Assembly: GCA_029263195.1 (NCBI GenBank)
Contig: JAJCXX010000059.1
Location: forward strand, 15,166-79,165
Source of the DNA: Acidimicrobiales bacterium
Lineage (GTDB): Bacteria > Actinomycetota > Acidimicrobiia > Acidimicrobiales > Aldehydirespiratoraceae
DNA: 64,000 nucleotides
Direction of reading: 5' to 3'
In this document: positions 35,732-45,543 of the stretch, one piece after another
How positions within the stretch are numbered: position 1 is the first letter of the stretch
How the letters are laid out: the number at the start of each line of letters is the position of its first letter
The notes under the pieces: model-generated
The model's database searches: none
What the model saw: the letters and a program-made list of their open reading frames with translations, nothing else
Told to the model about the DNA's origin: nothing
Program-made: the position numbers and the translations under genes

Positions 35732-36658
35732 ATGCCCGGACACCTCGAAGGCAAGAATGTCGCAGTGACGGGTGGAGGCGGTGGCATAGGCAAGGCGATC
35801 GCTCTGGCGTGCGCCGATGAGGGGGCGCGGGTGGTGGTCGCCGACTACGGGGTGGCCATGGACGGTAGTAGTCCGTCGAGCGAGGTGGCCGACGCGGCCG
35901 TCGCCGAGATTCGATCTCGCGGTGGCGAGGCCATCTCGGTCGCCGGCGATGTCTCCGAATTCGATGTCGGAGAACAGATCGTGGCGGCCGCTTGCGACAC
36001 CTGGGGAACGATCGACGGGGTGGTGTGCCCGGCCGGTGTTCTTCGCGAACGCATGCTGTTCAACATGACCGAGGACGAATGGGATGCCGTCATCGCCGTT
36101 CATCTCAAGGGCCACTTCAACATCTTTCGGGCGGCCATGGCACGAATGCGCAAGCAACCCACCGGTGGTTCCCTGGTCGGGTTCACCTCAGGGGCGTTCA
36201 CGGCTTCGACCGCTCAGGCCAACTATTCCGCGGCCAAGGGCGGCGTTGTGAGCCTCACCCGCTCGGCGGCGATGACCGCGGCCAGTCTGCGGCTGAGAGG
36301 GGGACCGGCCATCAACGCCAACTGCATCGCACCTGTGGCCCGCACTCGCATGAGCGAGAATGTCCCGTTCGAGATCGAGACCGGGGAACCCGAGGACATC
36401 GCTCCGATGGCGATCTATCTAATGTCCGACGCCGGGCGTGATGTCAATGCCCAGATCTACACCGTGGTCGGGCGGCGGATTTCGGTGTGGAATCAGCCGA
36501 TCGAGGTCCGCACGATGTGGGCGGGCGGCGACCGTTGGAGCCCGGCCGATATCGCCGCCACGTTGCCGGGGACGATCGGCCAGGAGCCCAACCCGTTCAT
36601 CGCCGATCTCGAACGGCGCATGTCGGAGATGGCGGCCGCCAAGGAGGCCGAATCGTGA
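35732..36658 (+). CDS. SDR-family oxidoreductase
   Basis: 308 aa with a TGGGGGIG Rossmann motif and YSAAK catalytic residues. Confidence 0.8.
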   Translation: MPGHLEGKNVAVTGGGGGIGKAIALACADEGARVVVADYGVAMDGSSPSSEVADAAVAEIRSRGGEAISVAGDVSEFDVGEQIVAAACDTWGTIDGVVCPAGVLRERMLFNMTEDEWDAVIAVHLKGHFNIFRAAMARMRKQPTGGSLVGFTSGAFTASTAQANYSAAKGGVVSLTRSAAMTAASLRLRGGPAINANCIAPVARTRMSENVPFEIETGEPEDIAPMAIYLMSDAGRDVNAQIYTVVGRRISVWNQPIEVRTMWAGGDRWSPADIAATLPGTIGQEPNPFIADLERRMSEMAAAKEAES

Positions 36659-37440
36659 GTCGACTGATGCCGGAGGAGCCGCCCGGGCGCGGACTCCTCG
36701 ACGACAAGGCTGTGGTGGTGACGGCGGCGGCTGGAACCGGAATCGGCTCAGCGGTGGCCAAGCGCGCTCTGATCGAGGGGGGCCGGGTACTGATCTCCGA
36801 CATCCATCAACGTCGGCTCGACGACACCGCCGACCGACTTCATACCGAGACCGGCACCCGACCGTTCACCGCCATGTGTGATGTCACGATCGAGGACGAT
36901 GTCAGGTCGCTGATCTCTGAGGCGATCGATTCGCTGGGCCGCGTCGACGTAATGATGAACAACGCCGGACTCGGCGGTTCGGCCAAGCTGGTCGACATGA
37001 CCGACGAGCAATGGTCGGCAGTCATCGGGGTCACTCTCGACGGCACCATGCGCTGCACCCGTGCTGCGCTGCGGCAGATGATCGCTCAGGGCGAAGGCGG
37101 CGCGATCGTCAACAACGCGTCGGTGGTCGGGTGGCGGGCCCAACAGGAGCAGTCCCACTACGCGGCGGCGAAAGCGGGGGTAATGGCGCTGACTCGTTGT
37201 GTGGCCATGGAGGCGGCCGAGCACGATGTTCGGGTCAATGCCGTTGCTCCCAGCCTGGCCATGCACCCCCACTTGTCGAAGGTCACGACGGTCGAACTGC
37301 TCGACGAACTCGAGCAGGGCGAGGCCTTCGGTCGAGCCGCCGCGCCATGGGAGGTCGCCAACGTGATGGTGTTCCTGGCGAGCGATCTTTCCACCTACAT
37401 GACCGGTGAGATCGTCTCGGTGAGCAGTCGGCATCCCTGA
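36655..37440 (+). CDS. SDR-family oxidoreductase
   Basis: The start is the GTG at 36655, overlapping the upstream stop (GTGA); an AAGGAGG site lies 7 nt upstream. ATG 36667 is an alternative. It has TAAAGTGIG and YAAAK motifs. Confidence 0.75.
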   Translation: MSRLMPEEPPGRGLLDDKAVVVTAAAGTGIGSAVAKRALIEGGRVLISDIHQRRLDDTADRLHTETGTRPFTAMCDVTIEDDVRSLISEAIDSLGRVDVMMNNAGLGGSAKLVDMTDEQWSAVIGVTLDGTMRCTRAALRQMIAQGEGGAIVNNASVVGWRAQQEQSHYAAAKAGVMALTRCVAMEAAEHDVRVNAVAPSLAMHPHLSKVTTVELLDELEQGEAFGRAAAPWEVANVMVFLASDLSTYMTGEIVSVSSRHP

Positions 37441-37477
37441 GTCGGACCGGATTCCAGTCCTCGAATTCGCGCGGAAC

Positions 37478-37520
37478 GTGATCAAATCGATGTCAAATCT
37501 GCAATGATCCGCAAATTTTC
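37478..37520. promoter_or_regulatory. AT-rich patch with direct repeats (TCAAATC x2; GCAAT/GCAAAT) about 100 bp upstream of the ABC-transporter binding-protein gene
   Basis: This is the lowest-GC stretch I noticed in the window (gtgatcaaatcgatgtcaaatctgcaatgatccgcaaattttc). Coordinates are approximate (+/-2). Confidence 0.25.
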
Positions 37521-37622
37521 CGACCCCATGACTTGCGTTGTGGCCGCTGGCGCTGCAAAGTGCTGTTCTCTGTGGCGTCAGTCACAGGTCCACACAGACT
37601 GCCTTCCCTGGGGGAATTTGCA

Positions 37623-39401
37623 ATGGCCAACAGATCCAGACGCAGCCGCGTCGCGAAGCTCGTAGCCGGCCTGGCGGCGATATCTCTCATCGCCGTGGCA
37701 TGTGGGGGCAGCGACTCCGACGCCGACGTCGTCGGCGAAACAACTGTCCCCGCGACAACCACCACCGAGGCGGACGTCAACGCCACTACGGTCCCCACGA
37801 CTACAGCGGTCTCCGGCGGCGGCGGGACATCTGATCAGAAAGATCTGATACGTACCATCGAAGGCGTTCAGACCGGCGGAACCCTGCGCATCGGTGTCGA
37901 AGCCGAAACCGACGGACTCAACCCGACCGTGAACCGTTTCGCGGCCGCCTCCTACAACATGGGCTACACGGTCTTTGAGCCCCTGTTCGCGTGGGACTCC
38001 ACCGGCCAGCCGGTTCCGTATCTCGCCGAGAGTTCCGAATCGTCCGATGACGGTTTGGAGTTCATCATTCATCTTCGCCCCGACATTCTCTTCAGCGATG
38101 GCGAACCACTCAACGCCGACGCCATCGTCGCCAACTTCGAAGCTCTGCTCCTCGACCCGCTGATCTCGCTGGCGGTCCGGCCCGCGCTGAATCTCGACAA
38201 TCCAATCGAGACGGTCGACGAACTCACCGTGAAGTTCAACCTGTCGCTGCCCAACAAGCAGTTTGCAACCGGCTTGGTCGGCCAGCTCGGAATGCCCGGA
38301 TCGCCCAAGTGGCTGGCTGCCGCCATCGACGATCCGACCCTCAATCAAGCGCCAGTGGGAACCGGCCCATTCGTCATCGACAGCCGAACCCCGGACTCGA
38401 GCACCAAGTTCGTTCGCAACGACAACTGGTGGCAGACCCTTCAAAACGCCACGCCCGTCTATCTCGACGCGATCGAGTTCTTCCCCAACACCGATGCGCT
38501 GACCTCGGCCAGCCAGTTGGTCGCCGGTGACCTCGACGGGTTTGCCACTACCACCCCCAACGCCATCGCCACCATCCGCGACGAGGGCGACGCATTCATC
38601 CGAATCGACGATGATCAGGGTGAAGAGTCGTTCGCGATGATGAATACGGCCCAGCCGCCATTCGACGACATTCGGGTTCGCCAGGCCATCACTTTCGCCA
38701 CCCCACGTGAGAACTACATCGAATTCGTCGGTGCCGGTATCCTCCGCGAGGCCGACTCGATGTTTGCTCCGGAACTCATCTGGAACAACCCCGATGTTGT
38801 TCAGGAAGGCGACGAGCCCGAGAGGTCCGGACCGCTGGTGGACGCGTACTGCGCCGACTTCCCGGAGAACTGCGACGGCGGCCGAATCAACATCGACCTG
38901 CAGTATTCAGGTCCGTCGGTCGAGCAGGAAACGATTGCCGACATTCTTTCGGCTGGCTGGGGTGACTTCTTCAACGTCAATCGTGTGGTGCTGCTACAGG
39001 ACGATCACATCACCAACGTTGCTCTCGGCGTGTCCCAGATGGTGACCTGGCGTCAGTTCGGTGCCCCCGATCCGACCGCTGATCGTGTCTGGCTGGCTTG
39101 TGACTCGATCGGCTTCCTGTCGCTCAACTGGCCCCGATTCTGCGACCAGGAACGTGAGGATCTCCTCAATCAGGCTCGCGAAACCACCGACCTCGATGCG
39201 CGGGCAGCTCTCTGGCAGGAAATCCAGCAGAAGGTCCACGACGACTACCTCTACATATTCTTCACCCACACCCTCTGGATGTCGGCATTCGACGCCAAGG
39301 TGAGGAACGAATGTGGTGTGGTGTCACCCGACGGCGCCGAACTGTTGTGCACCAACAACGGCTCGATGTTCAACCACGCGATGTGGATTGATCAGGGCTG
39401 A
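37623..39401 (+). CDS. ABC transporter substrate-binding lipoprotein, family 5 (peptide/nickel type)
   Basis: The true start is M31 of the track ORF (37623). Its lipobox-like signal peptide is LAAISLIAVACGGS. A family-5 solute-binding domain of about 590 aa follows. Confidence 0.8.
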   Translation: MANRSRRSRVAKLVAGLAAISLIAVACGGSDSDADVVGETTVPATTTTEADVNATTVPTTTAVSGGGGTSDQKDLIRTIEGVQTGGTLRIGVEAETDGLNPTVNRFAAASYNMGYTVFEPLFAWDSTGQPVPYLAESSESSDDGLEFIIHLRPDILFSDGEPLNADAIVANFEALLLDPLISLAVRPALNLDNPIETVDELTVKFNLSLPNKQFATGLVGQLGMPGSPKWLAAAIDDPTLNQAPVGTGPFVIDSRTPDSSTKFVRNDNWWQTLQNATPVYLDAIEFFPNTDALTSASQLVAGDLDGFATTTPNAIATIRDEGDAFIRIDDDQGEESFAMMNTAQPPFDDIRVRQAITFATPRENYIEFVGAGILREADSMFAPELIWNNPDVVQEGDEPERSGPLVDAYCADFPENCDGGRINIDLQYSGPSVEQETIADILSAGWGDFFNVNRVVLLQDDHITNVALGVSQMVTWRQFGAPDPTADRVWLACDSIGFLSLNWPRFCDQEREDLLNQARETTDLDARAALWQEIQQKVHDDYLYIFFTHTLWMSAFDAKVRNECGVVSPDGAELLCTNNGSMFNHAMWIDQG

Positions 39402-39447
39402 CTGAGTTCGAGTGAGGAAGGGATCACCCGGGACGTCGAGGGAGTAG

Positions 39448-40449
39448 ATGCGCTACATATTGCAGCGAATAGGGCAGTTGGTGATGGTGCTGTTGGCCGT
39501 CACGGCCATCACATTTGCTTCCGTCAACGTCCTGGGTGATCCCCTCACCAACATTCTCGGCCCGCTGGCCAGCGTCGATTGCACCGACGTCGAAGCCGGC
39601 TTGGTCGAGGACATCTCCACGCGAGGCGGCACCAGCCAAGGCGATTGTGAGGTGATCGCTCTGACCAGGGCCGAATTCAACCTGGATGACCCCTTGCCGC
39701 AGCGCTACGTGACCTGGCTGGGAGACATCGCCACCGGTGACTTCGGCACGTCGTTCCAGAATCAACTTCCCGTCTCCACGGTCATCAAGAACAAGTTGCC
39801 GGTCACCCTGCGGCTGGTGGGGATGGGCCTCTTTCTCTCGATCATGATCTCGATCCCGTGGGCCCTGCTCTCGGCCTACCGTGCGAATCGTGCCTTCGAC
39901 AACGTGTCGACGGTGGTGTCGTTCGGACTACTCGCCGTCCCGAACTTCGCCATGGGAGTGATTCTCTTCTACTTCTTCGCGGTGCGATGGCAGATCTTCC
40001 CGACGAGATACGACCCATCGAACGCCTACTCCCAGATCAAATCGTTGGTATTGCCTGCTCTGACTCTCGCTCTGCCACTCGCGGCCACCTATCAACGTCT
40101 CCTGCGCACCGACCTCATCACCACGCTTCAGGAAGACTTCGTTCACATGGCCCGCGCCAAGGGCTTGCCAAGCCGCACCATCATGGTGCGCCACGCTCTT
40201 CGGCCGTCGATGTTCTCGGTGCTCACCGTGTTCGGTATCAACACAGGGGCGCTGCTCGGCGGCACGCTCGTGATCGAACAGATCTTCTCGGTTCCGGGCA
40301 TGGGGGGAGAGATCGTCACGGCAATCGTTCGTGACGACACCCCGGTAGTTCTCGGAATCGTGGTGATCATCGTCACCGCATTCGTCGTGGTGAACCTGTT
40401 GGTCGACCTGATGTACTCAATACTGGATCCGAGGGTTCGACGTGGCTGA
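39448..40449 (+). CDS. ABC transporter permease (DppB/OppB-like)
   Basis: 333 aa with six TM helices and a BPD_transp_1 EAA-type loop. Confidence 0.85.
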   Translation: MRYILQRIGQLVMVLLAVTAITFASVNVLGDPLTNILGPLASVDCTDVEAGLVEDISTRGGTSQGDCEVIALTRAEFNLDDPLPQRYVTWLGDIATGDFGTSFQNQLPVSTVIKNKLPVTLRLVGMGLFLSIMISIPWALLSAYRANRAFDNVSTVVSFGLLAVPNFAMGVILFYFFAVRWQIFPTRYDPSNAYSQIKSLVLPALTLALPLAATYQRLLRTDLITTLQEDFVHMARAKGLPSRTIMVRHALRPSMFSVLTVFGINTGALLGGTLVIEQIFSVPGMGGEIVTAIVRDDTPVVLGIVVIIVTAFVVVNLLVDLMYSILDPRVRRG

Positions 40450-41335
40450 CGACATCTCAACCGAAAACACCGAAGTGGTGCTCGACGAAGCCGAGCTCGA
40501 AATCGACGACGCCGTCAAGAAAAAGCTCGGTGTCGGCTTCTGGATCGCCATCGTCTGGCTCGTTCTCGTTGTCGGACTCGCCTTCCTGGCGCCGGTACTT
40601 CCCATCGACGGCCAGAACGATGTGGCTGCGGGTGGTCGGCTCGAATCGCCGAGCATGGACCACTTCTTCGGCACCGATGCCGCCGGCCGAGATGTGTTCG
40701 CCCGCACCATCTGGGGAGCTCGGGTTTCGTTGTCGGTCGGTTTCATCGCCATATTGTCGGGGCTGTTCGTGGGCGGACCGCTCGGAATCATCGCCGGCTT
40801 CTTCAGGGGGAAAGTCGACGCCGTGATCTCGTTCATCTTCTTGTCGCTCCTGTCGTTCCCGAGCCTCGTGCTGGCACTTCTCATCGTCAACAGCCTCGAT
40901 AGATCGCTGAAAATCGTGGCTCTGGTCTTGGGAATTCTGGCGGTGGCTCCGATCGGCCGGCTGGCCCGAGCCAACACGATCGTGTTCGCCGAGCGTGAGT
41001 TCGTCCAGGCATCCCGGGTGATCGGGGCCAAGAACGGGCGAATCATGGTTCGGGAATTGCTTCCCAACGTGCTGATCCCCATGAGTGCCCTGGCCCTGCT
41101 GGGTATGGCCGTGGCGATCGTGGCCGAGGGGGGCCTGGCGTTTCTCGGTCTGTCGGTCAAGGAAGGCGCCACCTGGGGGAAAATGATCCTCGAAGGCGCT
41201 GACCCCCGCACTCTGCGCACCGGCACCCATGTTTCGATGTCTCCGATCATGGTGTTGTTCCTCACCGTGCTCGCGCTCAACTATGCGGGTGATCGGGTGA
41301 GGTCGTACTTCGATGTCCGCGAGACGGCGTTCTAG
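40442..41335 (+). CDS. ABC transporter permease (DppC/OppC-like)
   Basis: 297 aa with a GTG start overlapping the upstream gene by 8 nt. It has six TM helices. Confidence 0.85.
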   Translation: MADDISTENTEVVLDEAELEIDDAVKKKLGVGFWIAIVWLVLVVGLAFLAPVLPIDGQNDVAAGGRLESPSMDHFFGTDAAGRDVFARTIWGARVSLSVGFIAILSGLFVGGPLGIIAGFFRGKVDAVISFIFLSLLSFPSLVLALLIVNSLDRSLKIVALVLGILAVAPIGRLARANTIVFAEREFVQASRVIGAKNGRIMVRELLPNVLIPMSALALLGMAVAIVAEGGLAFLGLSVKEGATWGKMILEGADPRTLRTGTHVSMSPIMVLFLTVLALNYAGDRVRSYFDVRETAF

Positions 41336-41343
41336 GAGCTCCC

Positions 41344-42405
41344 ATGGCTGAACCGCTGTTGACCGTCCGCGACCTGAGCGTGAGATTTCCCACCACCCGC
41401 GGGGTGGTGCAAGCCGTCAACGGCGTGGAGTTCGATCTCGAGGAAGGTCAGACGATCGGGATCGTCGGTGAATCGGGTTCCGGAAAGTCGGTCACCGCCA
41501 AGACCCTGATGAACCTGCTACCCCGAAGCGCCGAGATAGAAGGTGAGGTGACTTTCGACGGACGCGACGTGAGAGAAATCGCGGCCAAAGGAGAGGATCA
41601 TTTCTGGGGGGTGCAGATGACGATGGTGTTCCAGGACCCCATGACATCGCTCAACCCGGTGAAGCGGTGCGGTGAACAGATCGCCGAGACTCTTCGCTAC
41701 CACCTGGGTCACGACAAGAAGAAGGCCATCTCCGAGTCGATCGACCTGCTGGAAAGGGTCGGGATTCCTGAGCCGGCCAAGCGGGAGAGGCAGTACCCCC
41801 ACGAACTCTCCGGCGGACTGCGTCAGCGAGTCGTGATCGCCATGGCGTTGGCCTGCCAGCCCCGCCTGCTGATAGCCGACGAACCGACCACAGCCGTCGA
41901 TGTGACCGTGCAGAAGCTGCTGCTCGACCTTCTCGACGACCTCCGCAAGGAGCGTCAAATGTCGATGATCCTGATCACCCACGATCTGGGAGTGGCGCGC
42001 GGACGCTGCGATGAAGTGGCCGTCATGTATGCCGGCAGAATCGTCGAACGGGCCGATTCCCACACACTCTTCTCCGACTCCCGACATCCCTACACCGATG
42101 CCTTGCTGCGGTCGATCCCCCGTATTGAGCAGCCGAGTCACACCAGACTCGATCCGATCCCCGGTCGCCCGCCCGAGTTGATCAACCCGCCGGTGCGGTG
42201 TGCGTACGCTCCGCGTTGCCGGTTCGCCCAGCGCAACTGCCTCGAGGAGATCCCCGATGTGAGTGGAGTGGTCGGAATGCACAGTTTCGCCTGTCACTAC
42301 CCGGCCAACACCGAGCGCGGCGAGGCGGCACTTCAGTCCAATCTCGATAGAGGAGAGACGGCCGGCGGCCTCCATCTCCATGCAGTGGCAGAAGGAGCAA
42401 GCTGA
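41344..42405 (+). CDS. ABC transporter ATP-binding protein (DppD/OppD-like)
   Basis: 353 aa with Walker A GESGSGKS, the signature LSGGLRQR and Walker B LLIADEPT. Confidence 0.85.
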   Translation: MAEPLLTVRDLSVRFPTTRGVVQAVNGVEFDLEEGQTIGIVGESGSGKSVTAKTLMNLLPRSAEIEGEVTFDGRDVREIAAKGEDHFWGVQMTMVFQDPMTSLNPVKRCGEQIAETLRYHLGHDKKKAISESIDLLERVGIPEPAKRERQYPHELSGGLRQRVVIAMALACQPRLLIADEPTTAVDVTVQKLLLDLLDDLRKERQMSMILITHDLGVARGRCDEVAVMYAGRIVERADSHTLFSDSRHPYTDALLRSIPRIEQPSHTRLDPIPGRPPELINPPVRCAYAPRCRFAQRNCLEEIPDVSGVVGMHSFACHYPANTERGEAALQSNLDRGETAGGLHLHAVAEGAS

Positions 42406-43406
42406 TGGCAGGCAGCGGACTCGCCCCGCTTCGCGATCGACCCGACGTGCTGCTGCGTGTCGAGGAACTGGTCGTCGAGTTTCCAGTGGGCCGAAAAGAT
42501 GTGGTCCACGCGGTCTCGGGCATCAGCTTCGACGTCGCCGAAGGGGAGACGTTGGGCATTGTCGGTGAGTCGGGTTGCGGCAAATCGACCGTCGCCCGCG
42601 CCATCGTCAGGCTCAACGATGTCCGCGGGGGCAAGGTCATGTTCGAGGGCAAGAACCTTGCTGTCCTCGAGGGTGAGGAGTTGCGCAAGTCACGGCCCGA
42701 TCTGCAAATGATCTTTCAGGATCCGATCTCTTCGCTGAATCCTCGACGCAAGGTCCGCGATGTCATCAGCGAGGGACTCAAGGTCTGGGGCAGTCAGATG
42801 GGCGCATGGTCGGAGGGTCGCATCGACGAGTTGATGCACGCCGTCGGCGTCGACCCCAAGTTCGGCGACCGTCGACCCCACCAGTTCTCAGGCGGTCAGT
42901 GCCAGAGAATCGGTATCGCCCGAGCTCTGGCCATGGACCCGAAGGTCCTGATTTGTGATGAGCCGGTATCGGCGCTCGATGTGTCGGTTCAGGCCCAGGT
43001 TCTCAACCTGCTCGAGGACATGAAGGTCCGCTATGGCCTCACTCTGCTGTTCATCAGCCACGACCTTGCCGTGGTGAAGAACGTCAGCGACCGAATCATC
43101 GTCATGTATCTCGGCAAGGCATGTGAGATCGGTGCCGCCGACGAACTCTACGAACACCCCCGTCACCCCTACACCCGCGCGTTGCTGGCATCCATCCCCG
43201 AGCCGGCACCCACAGTCGAGGTGAGTGAGGGCGACATCGAAGGCGAGTTGCCGTCGCCGATCAACCCACCGAAGGGATGCCGGTTCAACACCCGTTGCCC
43301 CCACGCCGACGAGATCTGCTACGAGGTCGAGCCCCAGATGGAAGCAGCCGGCGACGACCACTTCGTGGCCTGTCACCATCCTGTGGCTGTCTCGATCGAC
43401 GACTGA
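42405..43406 (+). CDS. ABC transporter ATP-binding protein (DppF/OppF-like)
   Basis: 333 aa with Walker A GESGCGKST and the signature FSGGQCQR. It overlaps the upstream gene by 1 nt. Confidence 0.85.
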   Translation: MAGSGLAPLRDRPDVLLRVEELVVEFPVGRKDVVHAVSGISFDVAEGETLGIVGESGCGKSTVARAIVRLNDVRGGKVMFEGKNLAVLEGEELRKSRPDLQMIFQDPISSLNPRRKVRDVISEGLKVWGSQMGAWSEGRIDELMHAVGVDPKFGDRRPHQFSGGQCQRIGIARALAMDPKVLICDEPVSALDVSVQAQVLNLLEDMKVRYGLTLLFISHDLAVVKNVSDRIIVMYLGKACEIGAADELYEHPRHPYTRALLASIPEPAPTVEVSEGDIEGELPSPINPPKGCRFNTRCPHADEICYEVEPQMEAAGDDHFVACHHPVAVSIDD

Positions 43407-43424
43407 GGAAGCCGACAGCGCCGC

Positions 43425-44348
43425 TCAGGCGAGCATCCACGAGGAGTTGGGAGACAGAAGGTCGGCGTCGTCGACGATATTGGCTCGCCCGTCGTCGCGG
43501 AGCTTATGGAGATGCGCCAGCACCGACATGGCCGCGGGCTTGTGCAACTCGGTCCTTGTGTCGGCGTAGAGAACCTCTACGATCTCGACCGCGGTCTGAG
43601 GAGCCTCGGTGAGTCGGGCAACGATCTGCGCCTCGCGTTCGAGTCGGTGCTGCAGGAGCGATGCCACGTAGGGGAGCGGTGAGATCATCGGCGGGCCGTG
43701 AGTCGGGTAGAAGATCGAATCGTCGCGATCGAGAAGCAGTCGAAGCGACCGCAGGTAATCGCTCACGCTTCCGTCGGGTGGCGGAATCACCGTGGTCGAC
43801 CAGCCCATCACGTGATCGCCCGAGAACAATGCCTTCTCTTCACGCAAGGCAAAGCAGAGATGGTTTGAGATGTGGCCCGGGGTGTGGAGCGATTCGATGG
43901 TCCAGCCCCGGCCGGTCACGACGTCACCGTGAGAGAGAGCCGCGTCGGGACGGAAGTCGAGGTCGGCGGAGTGCTCTTCGGTGTCGTCGCTGTCGGCGGA
44001 GGCGGCTTCGGAAGCGGACTGGGCGGGGTGCGGCCCGAATCCGAGCACGCGGGCTCCTGTGGCAGCAGCGATGGCCCGTGCCGCCGGTGAGTGGTCGCCG
44101 TGGGTGTGGGTGATGAGGATGTGGCTCACCGATTCGGCGCCCACCGCTCCCAGAAGCACCGCGATGTGATCAGCGTCGTCGGGCCCCGGATCGACGATGG
44201 CGACGTCGCCGCGGCCGACGATGTAGGTGCCGGTTCCTTGGAAGGTGTACTTCGATTCGTTGGGGCACACCACCCGGCGCAGCAGTGGCGAGACCTCGAC
44301 AACCTCACCGTGTCGGGGGTCGAACTCAGTGTCGAAGTCGATGGCCAC
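43425..44348 (-). CDS. MBL-fold metallo-hydrolase
   Basis: 307 aa with an HTHGDH metal-binding motif. Confidence 0.75.
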   Translation of the reverse strand: MAIDFDTEFDPRHGEVVEVSPLLRRVVCPNESKYTFQGTGTYIVGRGDVAIVDPGPDDADHIAVLLGAVGAESVSHILITHTHGDHSPAARAIAAATGARVLGFGPHPAQSASEAASADSDDTEEHSADLDFRPDAALSHGDVVTGRGWTIESLHTPGHISNHLCFALREEKALFSGDHVMGWSTTVIPPPDGSVSDYLRSLRLLLDRDDSIFYPTHGPPMISPLPYVASLLQHRLEREAQIVARLTEAPQTAVEIVEVLYADTRTELHKPAAMSVLAHLHKLRDDGRANIVDDADLLSPNSSWMLA

Positions 44349-44377
44349 GAACCGACACTACGTCTTCGACTGAATGA

Positions 44378-44674
44378 TCAGGTGGTGTTCTGGCCACCGC
44401 GGGCGTCGTGGAAGATCCGCCACATGATGAACGACACGCCCGTGGCCAGCACTCCCAAGATCAGGAGTTGGGCCCAGCCGCCTCGGTCGCCGGAATTCTG
44501 GGGCTTCGGGCCGGCATTGGGGGAACCAATGCTGTTGCCCGCGTCGTCGGGAGCAGAACCGGCGATGATGACTGTGCCATGGGCCGCCGCTGGGTCGACG
44601 ATCGACAATCCGACCGGCGACCACATCAGTGCACTTGCCGTGATGGCGACAGCCGCGAGCAGGCGTCGCTTCAT
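44378..44674 (-). CDS. small exported/membrane-anchored hypothetical protein
   Basis: The 98-aa reading from M90 of the track ORF has an N-terminal signal peptide (MKRRLLAAVAITASALMW), a Gly/Pro/Asn-rich middle and a C-terminal TM helix followed by a basic residue (GGWAQLLILGVLATGVSFIMWRIFHDAR). Its ATG overlaps the upstream SDR stop by 1 nt (TGATG). Confidence 0.4.
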   Translation of the reverse strand: MKRRLLAAVAITASALMWSPVGLSIVDPAAAHGTVIIAGSAPDDAGNSIGSPNAGPKPQNSGDRGGWAQLLILGVLATGVSFIMWRIFHDARGGQNTT

Positions 44675-45489
44675 CAGCCGACGTGTCCTGTGGAGGCCGC
44701 GATGTATCCGGGGCCCTCGCCGCCGCCGTGCACGGGTATGGCGCACCCCGTGACCCAGCGAGCCAGTGGCGAGGCACAGAACATCACCACGTCGGCGACC
44801 TCCTGTGGATCGCCCATGCGGTCCATCGCCAGGGTGTGGCCGACAGCCGCGATTCCGTCGTCGTCGCCGTAGAACAGATGGGCGTCTTCGGTGACGATCA
44901 TCCCCACGACCGGAGCGACCACTCTGATCGTCGGTCCCCACTCATGAGCCAGGGTCTGGGTCAGATTGATGAGCCCGGCCTTGGCTGCCCCGTAAGCGGC
45001 CCCCATGGGATTGGGGCGCTGCCCCGACACCGACGCGATGTTGATGATGACTCCGCCGGTCGGCTGGGCATCCATCACCGGTCGCACGGCCTGAGCGAAC
45101 GAAAGCGGAGCCAACAAGTTGAGGGCCACGATCTTTTCGTTGAAGCGAGGCGACGCCGTGGCACTGTCGGCCGGAGGTGCTCCTCCAGCGTTGTTGACGA
45201 GCACGTCGACACGATCGGTCGCATCGACCGCCGCGGCGACCACATCGGCCACCTGCGAGGGATCGCGAACATCGGCGGCAACGAAGTCTGCGACCCTTCC
45301 TCCGGCCTCGATGGGGATCTCAGGTGGTCGCCTGGCGCAAGTCACGACATTGGCGCCCCTCTCGAGAAACGAACGAGTGATCACCGCACCGAGTCCCCGG
45401 GTGCCGCCGGTGACGATGACGGATTGGCCGCTGAAGTCGAGTGGATCGGTGCCGGGCATGGGGCCGACACTACCTTCACGCATTCGCAC
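44674..45489 (-). CDS. SDR-family oxidoreductase
   Basis: 271 aa (or 261 aa from M11 at 45459), with TGGTRGLG and YGAAK motifs. Confidence 0.8.
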   Translation of the reverse strand: MRMREGSVGPMPGTDPLDFSGQSVIVTGGTRGLGAVITRSFLERGANVVTCARRPPEIPIEAGGRVADFVAADVRDPSQVADVVAAAVDATDRVDVLVNNAGGAPPADSATASPRFNEKIVALNLLAPLSFAQAVRPVMDAQPTGGVIINIASVSGQRPNPMGAAYGAAKAGLINLTQTLAHEWGPTIRVVAPVVGMIVTEDAHLFYGDDDGIAAVGHTLAMDRMGDPQEVADVVMFCASPLARWVTGCAIPVHGGGEGPGYIAASTGHVG

Positions 45490-45543
45490 CGGCGCGGGCG
45501 GTCGAATACCGTCTGATCCGACCCGACGGTTCGAAGGAGGACG

